DNA of 64,000 nt from Heteronotia binoei (GCF_032191835.1 NC_083225.1:54188001-54252000); one strand, 5' to 3'. Shown: positions 37,258 through 49,724, numbered from the stretch's first letter. Notes: a model not told the origin generated them from the sequence alone. A program made the numbers and translations.

Positions 37258-38150
37258 AGTTTATTTAAAGCATTTATTAACCACCTTTACTCAGCTCAAG
37301 GCGGCTTAACAATATAAATAAAATACATAAAATAGACTGTATAAAATACATAAAACAAAATTTTAAAATCACAGTTTAAGATTGCTGTAATCAAAAGTAG
37401 TTCTAAGTAATGTCAGCAGCCCCCTTAAGATCAAAAGTGAGGTGACCAAGTATACCTCCCTGGAGAGGTTGTTCCATAATTGTGAGGTTGCCACTGAAAA
37501 GGTCCTCTCGTGTACCTGCCCAGTTAGCTTTAATTAGTGGAACAATCAAGATGGCCTCTTCTTGTGATCTTAATTCCTTTTCAGGATCAAATGGGAGGAG
37601 ATCCAGGTACCCTGAGCCCCCAAGCCATTTATGGCTTTAAAGGTCAAAACCTTGAATTAAGCTTGGGCACAGATTGGTAGCCCATGTATCAGTGTCTCAT
37701 TGCTTCAACCAGCAGTCTAGCTGCAGCATTCTGCACTAGCTGTAGCTTCTGAACAAAGGTAGCCCCAGTCTAGATGAAACTAAGGCTCTGACTATCCCTG
37801 GAATGGTCAAAAGCTGGTCAAAAGTCTCCAGACCATGGTAACCAACTGGTTTTCTAAGATCATTGTGGTGTCAGGAAGCATTCCCAAGCTGGGAAGCTTG
37901 CTTTTCAAGGGGAGCATAACCCATCAAAGACAGAGATCTGAAGTCCCAGGTCTTAATTTCTATTAGCACAGAAATGCTCTGTCTTGTCAGGAGTTTCAGC
38001 TTGTTTGCCCTCATCGAGCCCATTACTGATTTCAGACACTGGGCCAGAACATCAATAGCATCCTTGAAATTAGGTGGAAAGGAAAGTAGATCTGGGGATC
38101 ATTAGTTTTATGATCATTTTATAATCTTCCGATTTTAATCCTCAACTGCT
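37258..38150 (-). mobile_element. L2 LINE 3' ~0.9 kb
   Basis: Minus strand encodes a degenerate MRANKLKL-PDKTE. Confidence 0.8.
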
Positions 38151-39259
38151 TTGGTGGGTCTGATTGGGGAGAAAGGCAGCATACAAATTCTTTACATAAT
38201 TAAATCATGGTTTTGTGTGATGTCTGAACTGAGACACAGTGCTACACTAAGGCTTCCAAACAAATGCAGCTCAAAATTCCTAACCACCATAATATACATG
38301 GCTACACCCAGTGTATCAGGCCCAGCACTTGTGGGGGTCATACAGCTGATCCCACTCAGAAATCTCAGCTCCTTCTGGTCTCTTCCTTCCCTTCTTGGTT
38401 CTGCAGGAAAAAAAATGTTTAGTCCTACCTAGAGATTTCCTTATCTTCATCCTTCTGTCTCACAAAACAAATAAATTATTTTTTTCATTCCATGCCTTAA
38501 TCTATAAATGCACACTATTTTTAAAAAAGTTCAAACCAATCCTCCCTTATTGTCATTTTTCTTCTTCTCCATCCTTTAACTATACTTTCTTTAGTATATG
38601 TGGGATAGCCTTTGTCATGGATAAATTATTCAAAAAATGGATAAATTATTCCTTTTGTTAAAGTTTCCCCTGAACATTTACAAAGGTGGGGTACAGTTAG
38701 GCTGTCTATAAAGACTCTGATTTCCAAATAGTTGATTCTGCCAGCTGTATATGACTCTTGGGATCTTAGCATGGGGAACTCACATGGGATTATACAGTAG
38801 TTCTTAGACCCTCCAGTGTGAGCAGTGAAGCAGTTGGAGTGCACAAACAGTAGAAAAATCATGATAAAGCTGAACACCACTTACTCCTTGATGGAGAAGG
38901 GATCTCCTCTTGCCTTTTTATTTTTATAGTCTCATCCAAGTGGTGAAAGAACTGCTACAGTTTAGAACCTGTTTAACTGAGACCCTTCAACCCACAAGAA
39001 TGTGCTGTAACAGTTTTGTTTACTTAGTGATTACTCAGGTAGTTCTGATGTGGAATCTGCTTTAGGGGACAGGATTTTTAGCAGAAGTGTCCAAAGCTGC
39101 ACTTGTCTATTTGAACTGAATAAGCTTCAGTTGCTGACACCTGAGAGTGTGGACAGAACATTTGGTATTTGTACTGCTATGTGTCGATCTAGGAGCACGT
39201 TGTCTGTGGATTGCTTGTTAAATTTAATTTTTTGTCAACATCATATCTTCGTGGGAGCT

Positions 39260-39830
39260 GAAGCCTTTTATGAGACCGTTTCTAAACAAGCCTTCTCTTG
39301 AGCTCCTCATATTGAAGAATTACAGGCCATTCTCAGTTTTGTTCTTCTTTGCCAAAATGGTTAAATATGGGCTTACCAGTTTCAAGGGTTTCTGGAAGAG
39401 ACAGATAGAAATGGATCTATGTAATCTGGTTTTGTCTGGATCTTGGGCCACAAAGTGCTTTGGTTGCTTTAATTAATGTTCGGTACACAGGAAGAGGCGT
39501 GGGAGGAGAAGGCTATGACTATTTCTCTAGATCTCTCAGTAGCTTTTGATATTGACCGTAGAATTCTTTTAGACCAGTAGTGCTGATTGCTACATGATCT
39601 GTTGATTCCAGTGCTACCAAAAGGTGGTTTGGACTGGAGACCAACCTGTTTCTTGTGGGGATTATCCTCAGTTGGTTGCACCACATTTCCCATGCTTTTA
39701 AATGTTTTCTTGAAGCTGCTGGATGAGTGCAGTGAGGTGATAAAGATGATGGCCAACTTTCTTTCTGTATCAGCCATTGAATGGCTGCCTGAGGCAAGCC
39801 AGTCATTGGACTTCATTCAGGGAGACTGAG
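39260..39830 (+). mobile_element. L2 RT internal fragment (old)
   Basis: RPFLNKPSLE..LKNYRP, LDLS.AFD-like and DD-like remnants. Confidence 0.7.
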
Positions 39831-41557
39831 CTCACGATTCCTATTCATTGAATGAAGCTCACTTAGGGTTGCCAGGGGCATGCCTGGAACTCCTGGGAGA
39901 TTTTTTTTGGGAAGGGGCATGGGGGAAAGGATGTCATTGACATGCCTTCTGGCTAAACCCCAGAAGTAATGTAACCAAACAGTGGTGTTAGGAGAAAGTG
40001 TATTATATAATTCATGACTTCCTATTTTTAATGTGTTTTTATAATGTTATTTTGAAATTTGAGGACTGCAGCAAAGCTGTACATTACAAAAGAATGAAAA
40101 TACTGCTGATATGTTTTAGTCTATGCTGCTTCTTTTCTGGATCTTTTCCTGGATGAATAGTGTGAGAATCACCCATCTTTATTGACTTTTAAATCTAGTT
40201 GTCGCCCTGCAGTGTACTAATAGTACAGAGCATTGAATAGATGTCCCTGAATTTATGATGGCATCCATTATGATGAAGGAACTATTCATTATTCCAGAAA
40301 GAATGATCTTGTGAGCCTGTTACACTGGTGGCCCCTTTCTCAGGGTTAATGCTGGGACAGCATAGCAGTGATCTGTAAAAATAATGCTCAATGTAGCAGT
40401 ACCAAAAGAATCTGCCACTTGTCTAAGGTGGTACCCTGATGATGTTTTAACATTAGATATTTCAGTGAAAGCACCGCTTAGTAGATAGCATTAGCCAAGT
40501 GACCCTGTGATACAATTGAAGCATTCACACACAGTGAGCAGTCAGAAAAGAGCCATGGTGCCTCCCTTTCCACAAGCCTCTGAAGTACTACAATATGCAG
40601 TTTGACCAGTGGTAACACAAAGTACCTGACTGTTTTAACAAAAGCGCTAATGTTTTAAGCATGTTTTAAGGAGTTTTAAAAAAATATTTAATTGTGTTTG
40701 TCTGCGTCCTTTATAAAGTTTATATCTCTGCTACCTAATCTTAAATAGGTATGCACGTGGCTTGGCCCAACATGGCCCAGCTCAACAAGGTCTCATTTAT
40801 ATCAGATCCAGCCCTCATAACAAATGAGTTTGACACCCCTGTGTATATTTCATCAGCATTTTCATGCTACAAATTTTGAGGGGGTTTTAAATGCTCCTTT
40901 TAAACATTGAAAAAGTACCTTGGAAAAAAGGATGGAGGGGAGTTTTTCACCCAGTTTTATTTCTGGGCCTCTAGAAGAAATAAAAGTGTGGAAACAAAAT
41001 GTTGGACTTTAGTCAGAGATGCTCAGGTTAAGTTTCTCTTTTTTACTGATTGGCACACAGTCTATTACTATCTCTCTCTCTCTCTGCCTGAGTAGTTGTG
41101 AGGATAAATGGATGTGTATCCCACCCTCACCTCTCTGGAGAAAGTCTGTGATAATAGCAAGATTGTAGCGCACTTGCATTCCTCTGCTAGTCTTGTAAAT
41201 GCCATTGGCTAAGTATTGCTGCTAACAGGACTGTAGGAGATTGACTTGAGTGGACATGTTGTTTGTTCAGCATCTAATATTGCTTGAGAATAGCAGTGTG
41301 GTTGAGCAAATGGACTTGGATCTGAGATGGAAAAGCCTGTTCTCCTTCAGTGGGGGGAAGTCATCCAGAAGTGGTTAGGCCACGCCTTTGCTTGCGCAAT
41401 AGGGCTATGCAAATTTCTTTTGTTATGTGTGGCTCCTATCGGAAGGACCCGGCTGACCTTCCAGTTCTGTATAGCCCTGTGCTCGATAGGTCGCTTGAGC
41501 TCCTGCTCTAAGCTTAAAAAAAAAAGCGAGCGCGTGGTGCTGTTTACAGGCAGAGCA

Positions 41558-43623
41558 ATGGGAAGAGAGTTTTACAGCAAAAGCATGAGCGATTAGGGAA
41601 TGCCAGCTGCAGAAACTGTTTCCACGCTGTCCAAGAAGACCGGCAGGAAGAGGCCCCCTCCCCTGTCCGAGGCTTTGGGCGGAGGAGTGGAGGGGCCAAC
41701 ACGGGAGTCAGAGGAAGTAGTGGCGACAGACCCATTAACCCCCAAGGCTTCTGAGGTGAAGGGGGGAACGAGTAAGACTGCAGCTAGCGACGGAACAGCC
41801 ATCAGGGAGGTTGAGAAGAAGCCCCTGGCAAACAACAGCAGCGGCGACAGGGAGGTTGAGCAGTCCGAGTCTGCAGCCTCCCGCTCCCATCTGCGCCCGA
41901 AGAAAGTGTCTAAGAAGTCAGCCGGCAGGGCGGCCAGCAGGAAGGAAGCAACTAGACACCACGGGAAGCAAAAAGGGCCGGCAAGCCCACATGGTGAGCC
42001 CATTCCAGCCCCTGGGGGGAGGGCCTGATGAAGAAGTGCCAGAACCGGCCCCAGGGCCAGGCTTAGGTCCTTGGGCAGGTTCGGGAGTGCCTGGGAGTTG
42101 AGGGCAGGCTAGCCAACACCTCCACAGCCACTTCAGCCCTTACAGCAGCAGGGGGCAACATGCTACAACATGGCACCCTGCCCCTTCTTGCCCCCACAGT
42201 TTCAGCCAGCCCCCCCCCCCCGGTTTTGGCCTATGATGGAGTCCCCTTGGCCCCTTCCTTCCTCATGGGCACCCAGCTTTGGAACATAAGGGGGGGTGAC
42301 CAGCATAGCAGAGGATCACCCTACTTCAGTGCAGAGGGGAAGGTCAGCATCCAAGGGTCACAGGGGTCGCAAAGACCATGCTTCCCCCAATTCCTCTTCA
42401 GGATCAAGGCCCCCCCCTCTAAGAGATCCAGAGGCCCTGCCAGACATGCACAACCAGAAGCATCAGAGGCCTCATGGGAGGAAGTAGCTGGGGCAGAGCG
42501 GCTTGCACCTTTAAGTAGTAGCAATGATCGCAGAGCTTGCATCCTCTCTTCTGGATCAGACAGAGGAGATGCTGCATCCTTGAATACTTCTCTGGGAGAG
42601 GGAGGATCAGAGAGGGAGAATGGTGAATGGTCAGAGGAAGAATCTGAATCTCAGACCTCCTCATCTAGACTGTTTCATATGGAACACTTTCAGCGATTGC
42701 TGTGTAAGGTGATTTCCACATTGAACTACCAGATGCAGGAAACAGAGAAGCCTGTATCCTCAGTTTCAGCTCAAAAGGACACAAGGGGCTTCAAGAGACC
42801 ATTTCTCCCTTCCCAGACTTCTACAACAATATCATGAAGGCAGAGTGGGCCATCCCTGGAGGCTGGAACTCTTTGTTATCAATGGCCAAGAAAGTCTATA
42901 TGTTACCAGCAGAGACAATGGAGGACCTAAAGGTTCCCCTGGTGGATGCGCCAGTGGTAGCTCTACATTCTGGAGCTGTTCTACCGAAGGATGGGGAAAA
43001 TGCTCTGAAGGATACTACAGACTGAGAGAATGAGACAGCTCTCAAAAAAGCTCATGAGGCAATGTCACTAGCCCTGCGTCCTGCAGCAGTACTCTCAAAT
43101 TTCACTAGAGCCATTGTCATTTAGGCAGACAATCTTCTCCAGAACCCAGATGTCTCACCAGTGGAGCTAAGGAGGGTCCTTTTAAAAATAAAGAGAGCAG
43201 CTGAGTTTGCTTCGGATGCATTGCAGGACAACATTCAGTTCTGTGCCAGGGCACAGGCAGCAGGCATCATAATTCGTCACAACATCTGGCTAAAACATTG
43301 GAAAGTGGGCACTCTCTCCAAGAGCAGTCTATCTACAGAGAAGTTCTGAGGCAGACTGCTTTTTGGTGAATCAAACCTGGATAAGGTTCTGGTAGAGACA
43401 AAGGAAAAGAAAAAGGCCATGCCTTCATCACCTTTCCGTAAGGACAGGGACTACAAAAGCTGGCCTGCACAGTCCTTTCGGAGCTTTCGCTATTCAAGTC
43501 GAGGTCAAGACAGCAAAGACTACAGAGGCTTCAGACCATTCAGGTACGGAGCCAGAAACAACTCAAGATAACCCGCATCCTTCAGGAATGACAAGGGTGC
43601 CGCAACCAAGAAGCAGACCGCAT
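41558..43623 (+). pseudogene. DIRS gag-like ORF1, disrupted
   Basis: ORF pieces 41600, 42160, 42834 and 43161 (VPLVDAPVVAL...; RHNIWLKHW; LLFGESNLDK; basic SFR tail) typical of vertebrate DIRS gag. Confidence 0.75.
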
Positions 43624-45507
43624 GACTATCAGATTGGAGGCCGGCTCCAGGCATTTGCAGAGGCTTGGAGCAACACCACCACAGACCGGTGGGTATTGTC
43701 CATCATTCATCAAGGCTATAAAATAGAGTTCAGCGCTACCCCACCTTACAGCTTCACACCCTCCCCAGCACCGAAATTAAAAGGCAGACGACTACTGCTA
43801 CAACACACCATCCAGCACCTATGGGATATAGGAGCAATAGAGGAAGTTCCAGAGAAACAACACTACAAAGGGGTCTGCTCCATCCTATTTGTTGTTCCAA
43901 AGAAATCAGGGGACTGAAGAGTGGTGTTGAACCTAAGAGGCTTCAACAAGTGGGTGCAAAAATGGAAGTTCAGAATGGAGTCCCTGCGACATATTCTACA
44001 AGTGCTGCAGCAAGGCGACTTCCTTACATCCATGAACCTCAAGGAGGCTTATCTACAAATTCCCATACACCAGGAATCCAGATGTTTCCTCCGCTTTTAT
44101 TTCCAAGGGCAGCATTTCTGATACAAAGCTTTGCCCTTTGGCCTTTCTTCAGCACCCAGGGTCTTCATCAAGGTAATGGTGGCATTGGTGGCACGTCGTT
44201 GCCTGGAGGGCATTCATACTTACCCGTATCTAGACGATATAGGGACCACACAACAGTCATGCATCACACAGAGAGGACAGCTGCCCTCCTGCGCATGCAT
44301 GGGTTCCTCATCAATGAGGACGAGCAACATGATACCATCGAGAGACCTAGTGCATCTTGGGGCCAGGGTGTGTACATCCCAAGCCACTGTGTTTCTACCA
44401 GAGGACAAACAACGAAAGATTCACAACCTGGTGACGGGCATCAGGTCTCAGAGGCAAGCTGACCTAATGCATCTGGCAGCAGTCCAGGGGCTGATGATCT
44501 CCTGCATAGACATAGTACCATGGGCACGTTTTCATGCCAGAGCCTTACAGTGGATGCTTCTTCCCTACCAGAAGGACATTGCCAGACAGAGCCACAGATG
44601 GATTGTGGTGACAGACAACCTCAAGAGGGAGCTGAAATGGTGGACAATGTAAGTGAATCTGAGCAGAGGGACCAGCTTCCTCCAGCCACAACAGATGGTG
44701 ATCACAACAGATGCCAGCAAGCGAGGCTGGGGAACGCACTACGGGCATCAGGTAGCACAAGGAAAATGGTCAGAGACCGAAATGAAGCACAGCATCAACT
44801 GACTGGAGCTACGGGAGTCAGACTGGCACTGGTAGCCTTCAGCCACTTGCTGAAGGACCGCCACGTTCTTGTGCGCACCGACAACATGACAATGAAGGCC
44901 CACATAAACCGGCAAGGGGGCACCAGATCAAGTTCCCTCTTTCAGGAAGCATGAGCTGTGCTTCTATGGGCAGAAGAGAATGTCACAAGCATAAGAGCGG
45001 AGCACCTCAAGGGCCAGGCCAACTGCCAGGCGGACTGGCTGAGCGGGGAAGACCTGGACCCGGGAGAGTGGGCCTTGAACAGAGAAGTCTTCATTAGGGT
45101 TTGTAGAATCTTCACCCAGATAGTGAACAGATTCAGACTTCCTGTAATGGATCTTCTAGCAACCTTGAGAAACTGTCAAGTGGACCGATTCCTTTCCAGA
45201 TTCAGAGCCAACTGCAGAAGGGATGGATGTGCTGATGCACCCATGGCTAAAAGGACTCCTGTATGCCTTCCCACCGCCAGCCCTGCTAGGCCGGATTCTG
45301 AACAGAATCAGGGAGGAACAGGCAGAAGTACCGCTTGTGGCCCCCTACTGGCCAAGGAGACCATGGTTCTCCGACCTGGTACAGATGGTGACCTCAGAAC
45401 CATGGAAACTGCCACTCATACTGGATTTATTACACCAGGGTCCTGTGCTACACCCAGACCCAGAATGGTTACAACTGACGGTATGGAGGTTGAGAGGTCA
45501 GGGTTAG
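43588..45507 (+). pseudogene. DIRS RT-RNase H-N6-adenine-methyltransferase-like ORF, disrupted
   Basis: IGGRLQAF, LFVVPKK, LPFGLSSAPRVF and YLDD (RT); TTDASKRGWG and VLVRTDN (RNase H); LLYAFPP...VAPYWPRRPWF (methyltransferase). Confidence 0.93.
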
Positions 45508-46788
45508 AGACCCAGAGGTTCCCCAGGGAGGTGGTCGAAATCATGGTTCAGGCCAGGCAACCAGCAACTAGACGGATTTACAACCACACGTGGACAACTT
45601 TTACCAAGTGGGCGTATGAAAACAACCGGGACCCATTGCAAGCATCTTACAAGGAAGTGGTGCTCTTTCTCTTTGATGGCTGGAAGTGTGGCCTTCGGCC
45701 TAACATTCAAGCCCCAGGTGGCGGCACTGCAGGCCTGTTTGGGCCCAGGGGAAGCTCAAGGGCCTGTCCAAAAACAAGCATGTGAAGAGGTTCCTCTTGA
45801 GAACTAGACAGATGGCGCCACCAGTCCGTCACAGGTTTCCCACATGGAGTCTCCCAAAAGTCCTCAGGGCTCTAACAGCACCCCCATTTAAGCCTCTAAG
45901 GAAAGTAGAGCTGCGCAGAGGACAAACAAATCATGGAAAGTGCCTTCCTAGTGGCCATAATGTCAGCACAAAGTGTCTCTGAAATTGCGGCCCTGTCTAC
46001 TAGGAAGGAGCTGTGCATATTCCAAAAAGTCTCAGTGACTCCTCTTATGTTCTTATCCAAAGGGTGATTAACATGTGGAATTCACTGCCACAGGAGGTGG
46101 CGGCGGCCACAAGTATAGCCACCTTCAAGAGGGGTTTAGATAAAAATATGAAGCACAGGTCCATCATTGGCTATTAGCCACAGGGTGTGTGTATATATAA
46201 AAATTTTTGCCACTGTGTGACACAGAGTGTTGGACTGGATGGGCCGTTGGCCTGATCCAACATGGCTTCTCTTATGTTCTTATGACACTGAGGACAGACC
46301 CCTCGTTTCTCCCGAAGATAAACTCATATTTTCACCTTAATCAACCAGTCATCCTTCCGTCTTTCTGTCCTAATCCAACGCATCCAAAAGAGAAGTCATG
46401 GCACAAACTTGATGTGCGCAGGGCCTTGAGTATATACTTGAACAGGACTCAGTCATTCCGGCAGACAGACTCTCTACTTGTCTCACATTGTACACAGAAT
46501 TAAGGGGGAAAGGCCTCTAGGGCTACCGTGGCCTACTGGATCAAACAATGCATTGCCAAGGCATATGAGGTTCAGGGATTACCCCCACTGGGATTAATCA
46601 TGGCACATTCCACCAGGTCTGCAGCGACTACTGCAGCATTTGCCACAAGGGCCACAACAGAGGAGATCTATAGAGCTGCTACCTGGACCTACTTCTCAAC
46701 CTTTGTGAGACACTACAGAATAGACCAAGTGGCTTATGCAGAAGCTGCTTTCGGCAGAAAGGTCTTACAGCAAGTTTTGGAACCATGA
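45480..46788 (+). pseudogene. DIRS tyrosine recombinase, disrupted by frameshifts and a CR1 insertion
   Basis: ARQPATRRIYNHTW, LRALTAPPFKPL, SAQSVSE, LRTDPSFLPK, AHSTRS, AATW...FVRHY, AFGRKVL. Confidence 0.92.
46040..46282 (+). mobile_element. 5'-truncated CR1 LINE 3' end inserted in the DIRS YR
   Basis: CR1 3'UTR ...gcctgatccaacatggcttctcttatgttcttat; splits TCAGTGAC|ACTGAGG with TGAC duplicated. Confidence 0.88.
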
Positions 46789-48454
46789 GTACCAAAAAAA
46801 TAAATAAAGGAAAGGCAGAAAAAGAAAAACCCACCCCCAAAACGAGCTTGGGTATTGCTAATCACTTCTGGATGACTTCCCCCCACTGACGGATCATTGG
46901 CTCTTACCTGAAGGATCCTTCTCTTCAGTGCGGGCGAAGTCATCCACATCCCTCCCTCAAATAAAACTACAGACAAGTTACAAGTCAACAAGACAAAACA
47001 AAGAGGGGAGAGAGAAAGAGAAAGAAAAAGTGGCATTAGCAAGTTGGACAAGAGAAGAACACAGAGAACCGAGACACTTGATATGAACACTGCACAGAGC
47101 AAAGCTTGGACATAACTGGAGAGGTGAGCCGGGTCTCTCCGATAGAAGCCACACATAACAAAAGAAATTTGCATAGCCCTATCGAGCGAGGAGAGGCATG
47201 ACCTAACCACTTCTGGATGACTTCGCCCCCACTGAAGAGAAGGATCCTTCAGGTAAGAGCCAATGCTCCGTTCAGCCACGTTTTCCTGTGGTGGAAAGAG
47301 CAAGTCACCCAGCTTCAGTCATGCCATCCATCTGTGGAAAGGGCATAAAACAATGTGTATCAATTATTGTATCACCAGGGTCACTGTGAAATAGAATGAC
47401 TGAGAAAGTTTCATTGTTTAAATGCATTTTTAAAGTCTTTAGACAATGAAAAACAGTAAACAAAAAGAAAGCTCAAGGCTCTTTATCAAGAAAACACTAA
47501 CTGTGCTAGGGTTCACAAGCAGCCTGATCTTCAGATTGAAACTGGGAAAATCTGTTGGTGCTTTCTTTCTACACACCTCAAAAAGAGAAAGTACAGTACA
47601 GCAGAATGTGTTTGGCAACAGATGGAATTACAGTGTAAGCTTTGCTACTGCCAATTTTATATTTGGATGTAAGCCAATTAAGAAAAAACAGCTATGTAAT
47701 CTCTCTCAGGATTTTGCTATGTGTGCTTCCTAAATTTAAACTCCATGGCTGGACAGATAGCAACATTTATTTTTAAAATCAGTTGGAAACTAAGTGATAC
47801 AAAATAGCAGGAGGAGTGGGGAGGGGTAGAACAATATTATGAGGGTGGGGAAGGGTAAAACAAATAGACTCAGTCCTAAAACACGTTTTAGTGTTCACAC
47901 AAACTTGTTTCGAACTGTTCTTAAACAGTACTTTTTTAAATGGCTGTGTGTGTCACATAAGTAATCTTGATAAAATGCCAGTTCCTTGTAAAAGCTGGGT
48001 AGACTATGTTTTCTATAGCAGTATCAGAAACAGAGCATTTAAAATATTACTGTGTATCTTACATTAATGTGAGACTTCTGGAATCCAAGTTGTAAGACTC
48101 TCCAGGTTTAATGTATGCAGTAATGGTTGAAAGTTTGCTGGGTTTTTTCTCAGTTGTTCCTAGCTTTGCTGTGGTGTGTGAATGCTTGGGAAGCTTAGGG
48201 ACTAGCAGTGCATTCCATATTAGGGTAACAATTTAAGCATTTCTTTTTACATATCCTTCTGCATCTGTTTCCAGTTCCCACATGGTTTTCACCAGGGGCT
48301 CTGAATATTCACAACATTGCTTAATTAGATCATTCTCAATACCTTCATTCACAAAACAGAAGTAGATTTTTTTTTTTAAAAAAAAAGGGGGGTAGAAGAA
48401 GGAGGTAACAAAATACTTTCAGGAAAACCTGAAATGAAAGGCATCAGTTGATGC

Positions 48455-49002
48455 TGTCATGAGCCCTGACAAGGAGGAGCTGGAAGGGTTAACAGACCTG
48501 GAAGAGTTGCCAGCCAGTTCCTCAGCTGAATGAACAGCAGCTGGCCCATCAATAACTCTCCAGGCACCAGTGTCAGCTATTGATGAGCAGTCTCCTTAAA
48601 GCTCTCCTCCTCCCATCTCAAGAGTTCGAAGCAGGCTCCGGAAAGAACTTTCAGAGTGAAGACATGAGGCACACCGATGCTTCAGATCGCTGAGCCCTGA
48701 GTTCTAGCAGAGTCACTGCCACCCAGGGAGCAGGCTGATTGAGACTCCCATATAGCTCTCACCCAGGACCTGGTAACCTTGTGGAAGCAACAAGTCTATT
48801 CTCTGGCTTGCATCCACGCTCCTTCCTGATTCCTGATCCTGACCTGCTTGATTTCCTTGGCACCCTGACCTTTTGGCTTTTGGACATTGACTTCTGATTC
48901 CAGTTTGTGATTCTGCATTGGTGACTTGGCTCCTGCGACATCCTGTACTTTGACCTTGGACTGGCTTTGGACTCCTGCCTGCCTGCACCCTAGAACATGA
49001 CA
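48455..49002. mobile_element. Solo LTR (548 bp; Gypsy- or BEL-like)
   Basis: TGTCATG...CATGACA termini with a 5-bp GATGC target-site duplication (TSD) at 48450-54 and 49003-07. Confidence 0.85.
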
Positions 49003-49724
49003 GATGCAGAGTGATGCAGCTACTCCCATAATTATGCATAGGTAACTTAATAAGATCTGTTCTTCAGCCTTCCTAAAGTGAAAGGGAAAGTTGAAAGAAA
49101 AAATTATACCATGATGGAGAGTGAAAATGATGACAGTTGTCTCAAAATGTCAAAGCTTAAGACTGGTAGGGATGTGAAGATGGAGCCAGTCCCAGGTATG
49201 TAAAGACTCATGAATGTCTGTCTCTTTAATTTACTTAATTGATAGTTCTACTTTCTCACTGAGAACTGAGATGGGATCACACAATTTAAATTAATGCAAC
49301 AGGAGCAGTATAGTACATAGATGGTGTGATAAAACTGGATTACAAAATTAAAGAACAGCATAATAAAGCAGTTTAATGCATACAATAAAAACAATAGAAT
49401 ACATATGAACAATGAAACCAGGCAGGATTACAAAACTGAAGAAAGGAAAACCACCTATCATTAACTGTAACCCTGATCCTTTTATAAAAATGCTGTTTTT
49501 CAAAAGTTCTGCCTTTGCATATTCTGCAGACTGCTAAAAACATGGGAGATTCCATACTTAACTCTGTGGAAGAATACAGAGTCATGACAAAGACTTCCTG
49601 TAATGCTCAAGCAGTGCTCCAAATGATACTTTGAAGTGTGAGGAATATGGAAATTTCATTTAATCCTCACTTATTGACAGTCCTAATAGAGATTTTTTTT
49701 AAAAAAAAAAATACCCTGACAAGT

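Larger units (their letters stand above)
41339..47272 (+). mobile_element. Near-full-length DIRS1-type YR retrotransposon (decayed)
   Basis: GTT at both termini. Left inverted terminal repeat (ITR) ~41339-41484 is the reverse complement of right ITR ~47097-47240. Internal complementary region (ICR) at 46863-46946. Order gag-RT-RNaseH-methyltransferase-YR, with stops and frameshifts. Confidence 0.95.

Noticed and set aside
41346-41350. TTCAG at both DIRS ends (41346-50 and 47271-75) as a 5-bp TSD
   Set aside because: GTT termini (41339 and 47270) fit the NTT rule and the mini-DIRS junction cGTTctcc better; the TTCAG match is probably coincidental.
46947-47096. Possible inversion of the ICR-ITR spacer (A-rich here, T-rich in the other two DIRS)
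   Set aside because: The inner right ITR still abuts the right extension in canonical order, so there is no inversion; likely a family difference.
46734-47303. 189-aa minus-strand ORF
   Set aside because: Antisense to the DIRS ICR, purine-rich spacer and ITR; the hydrophobic low-complexity translation is a compositional artefact.
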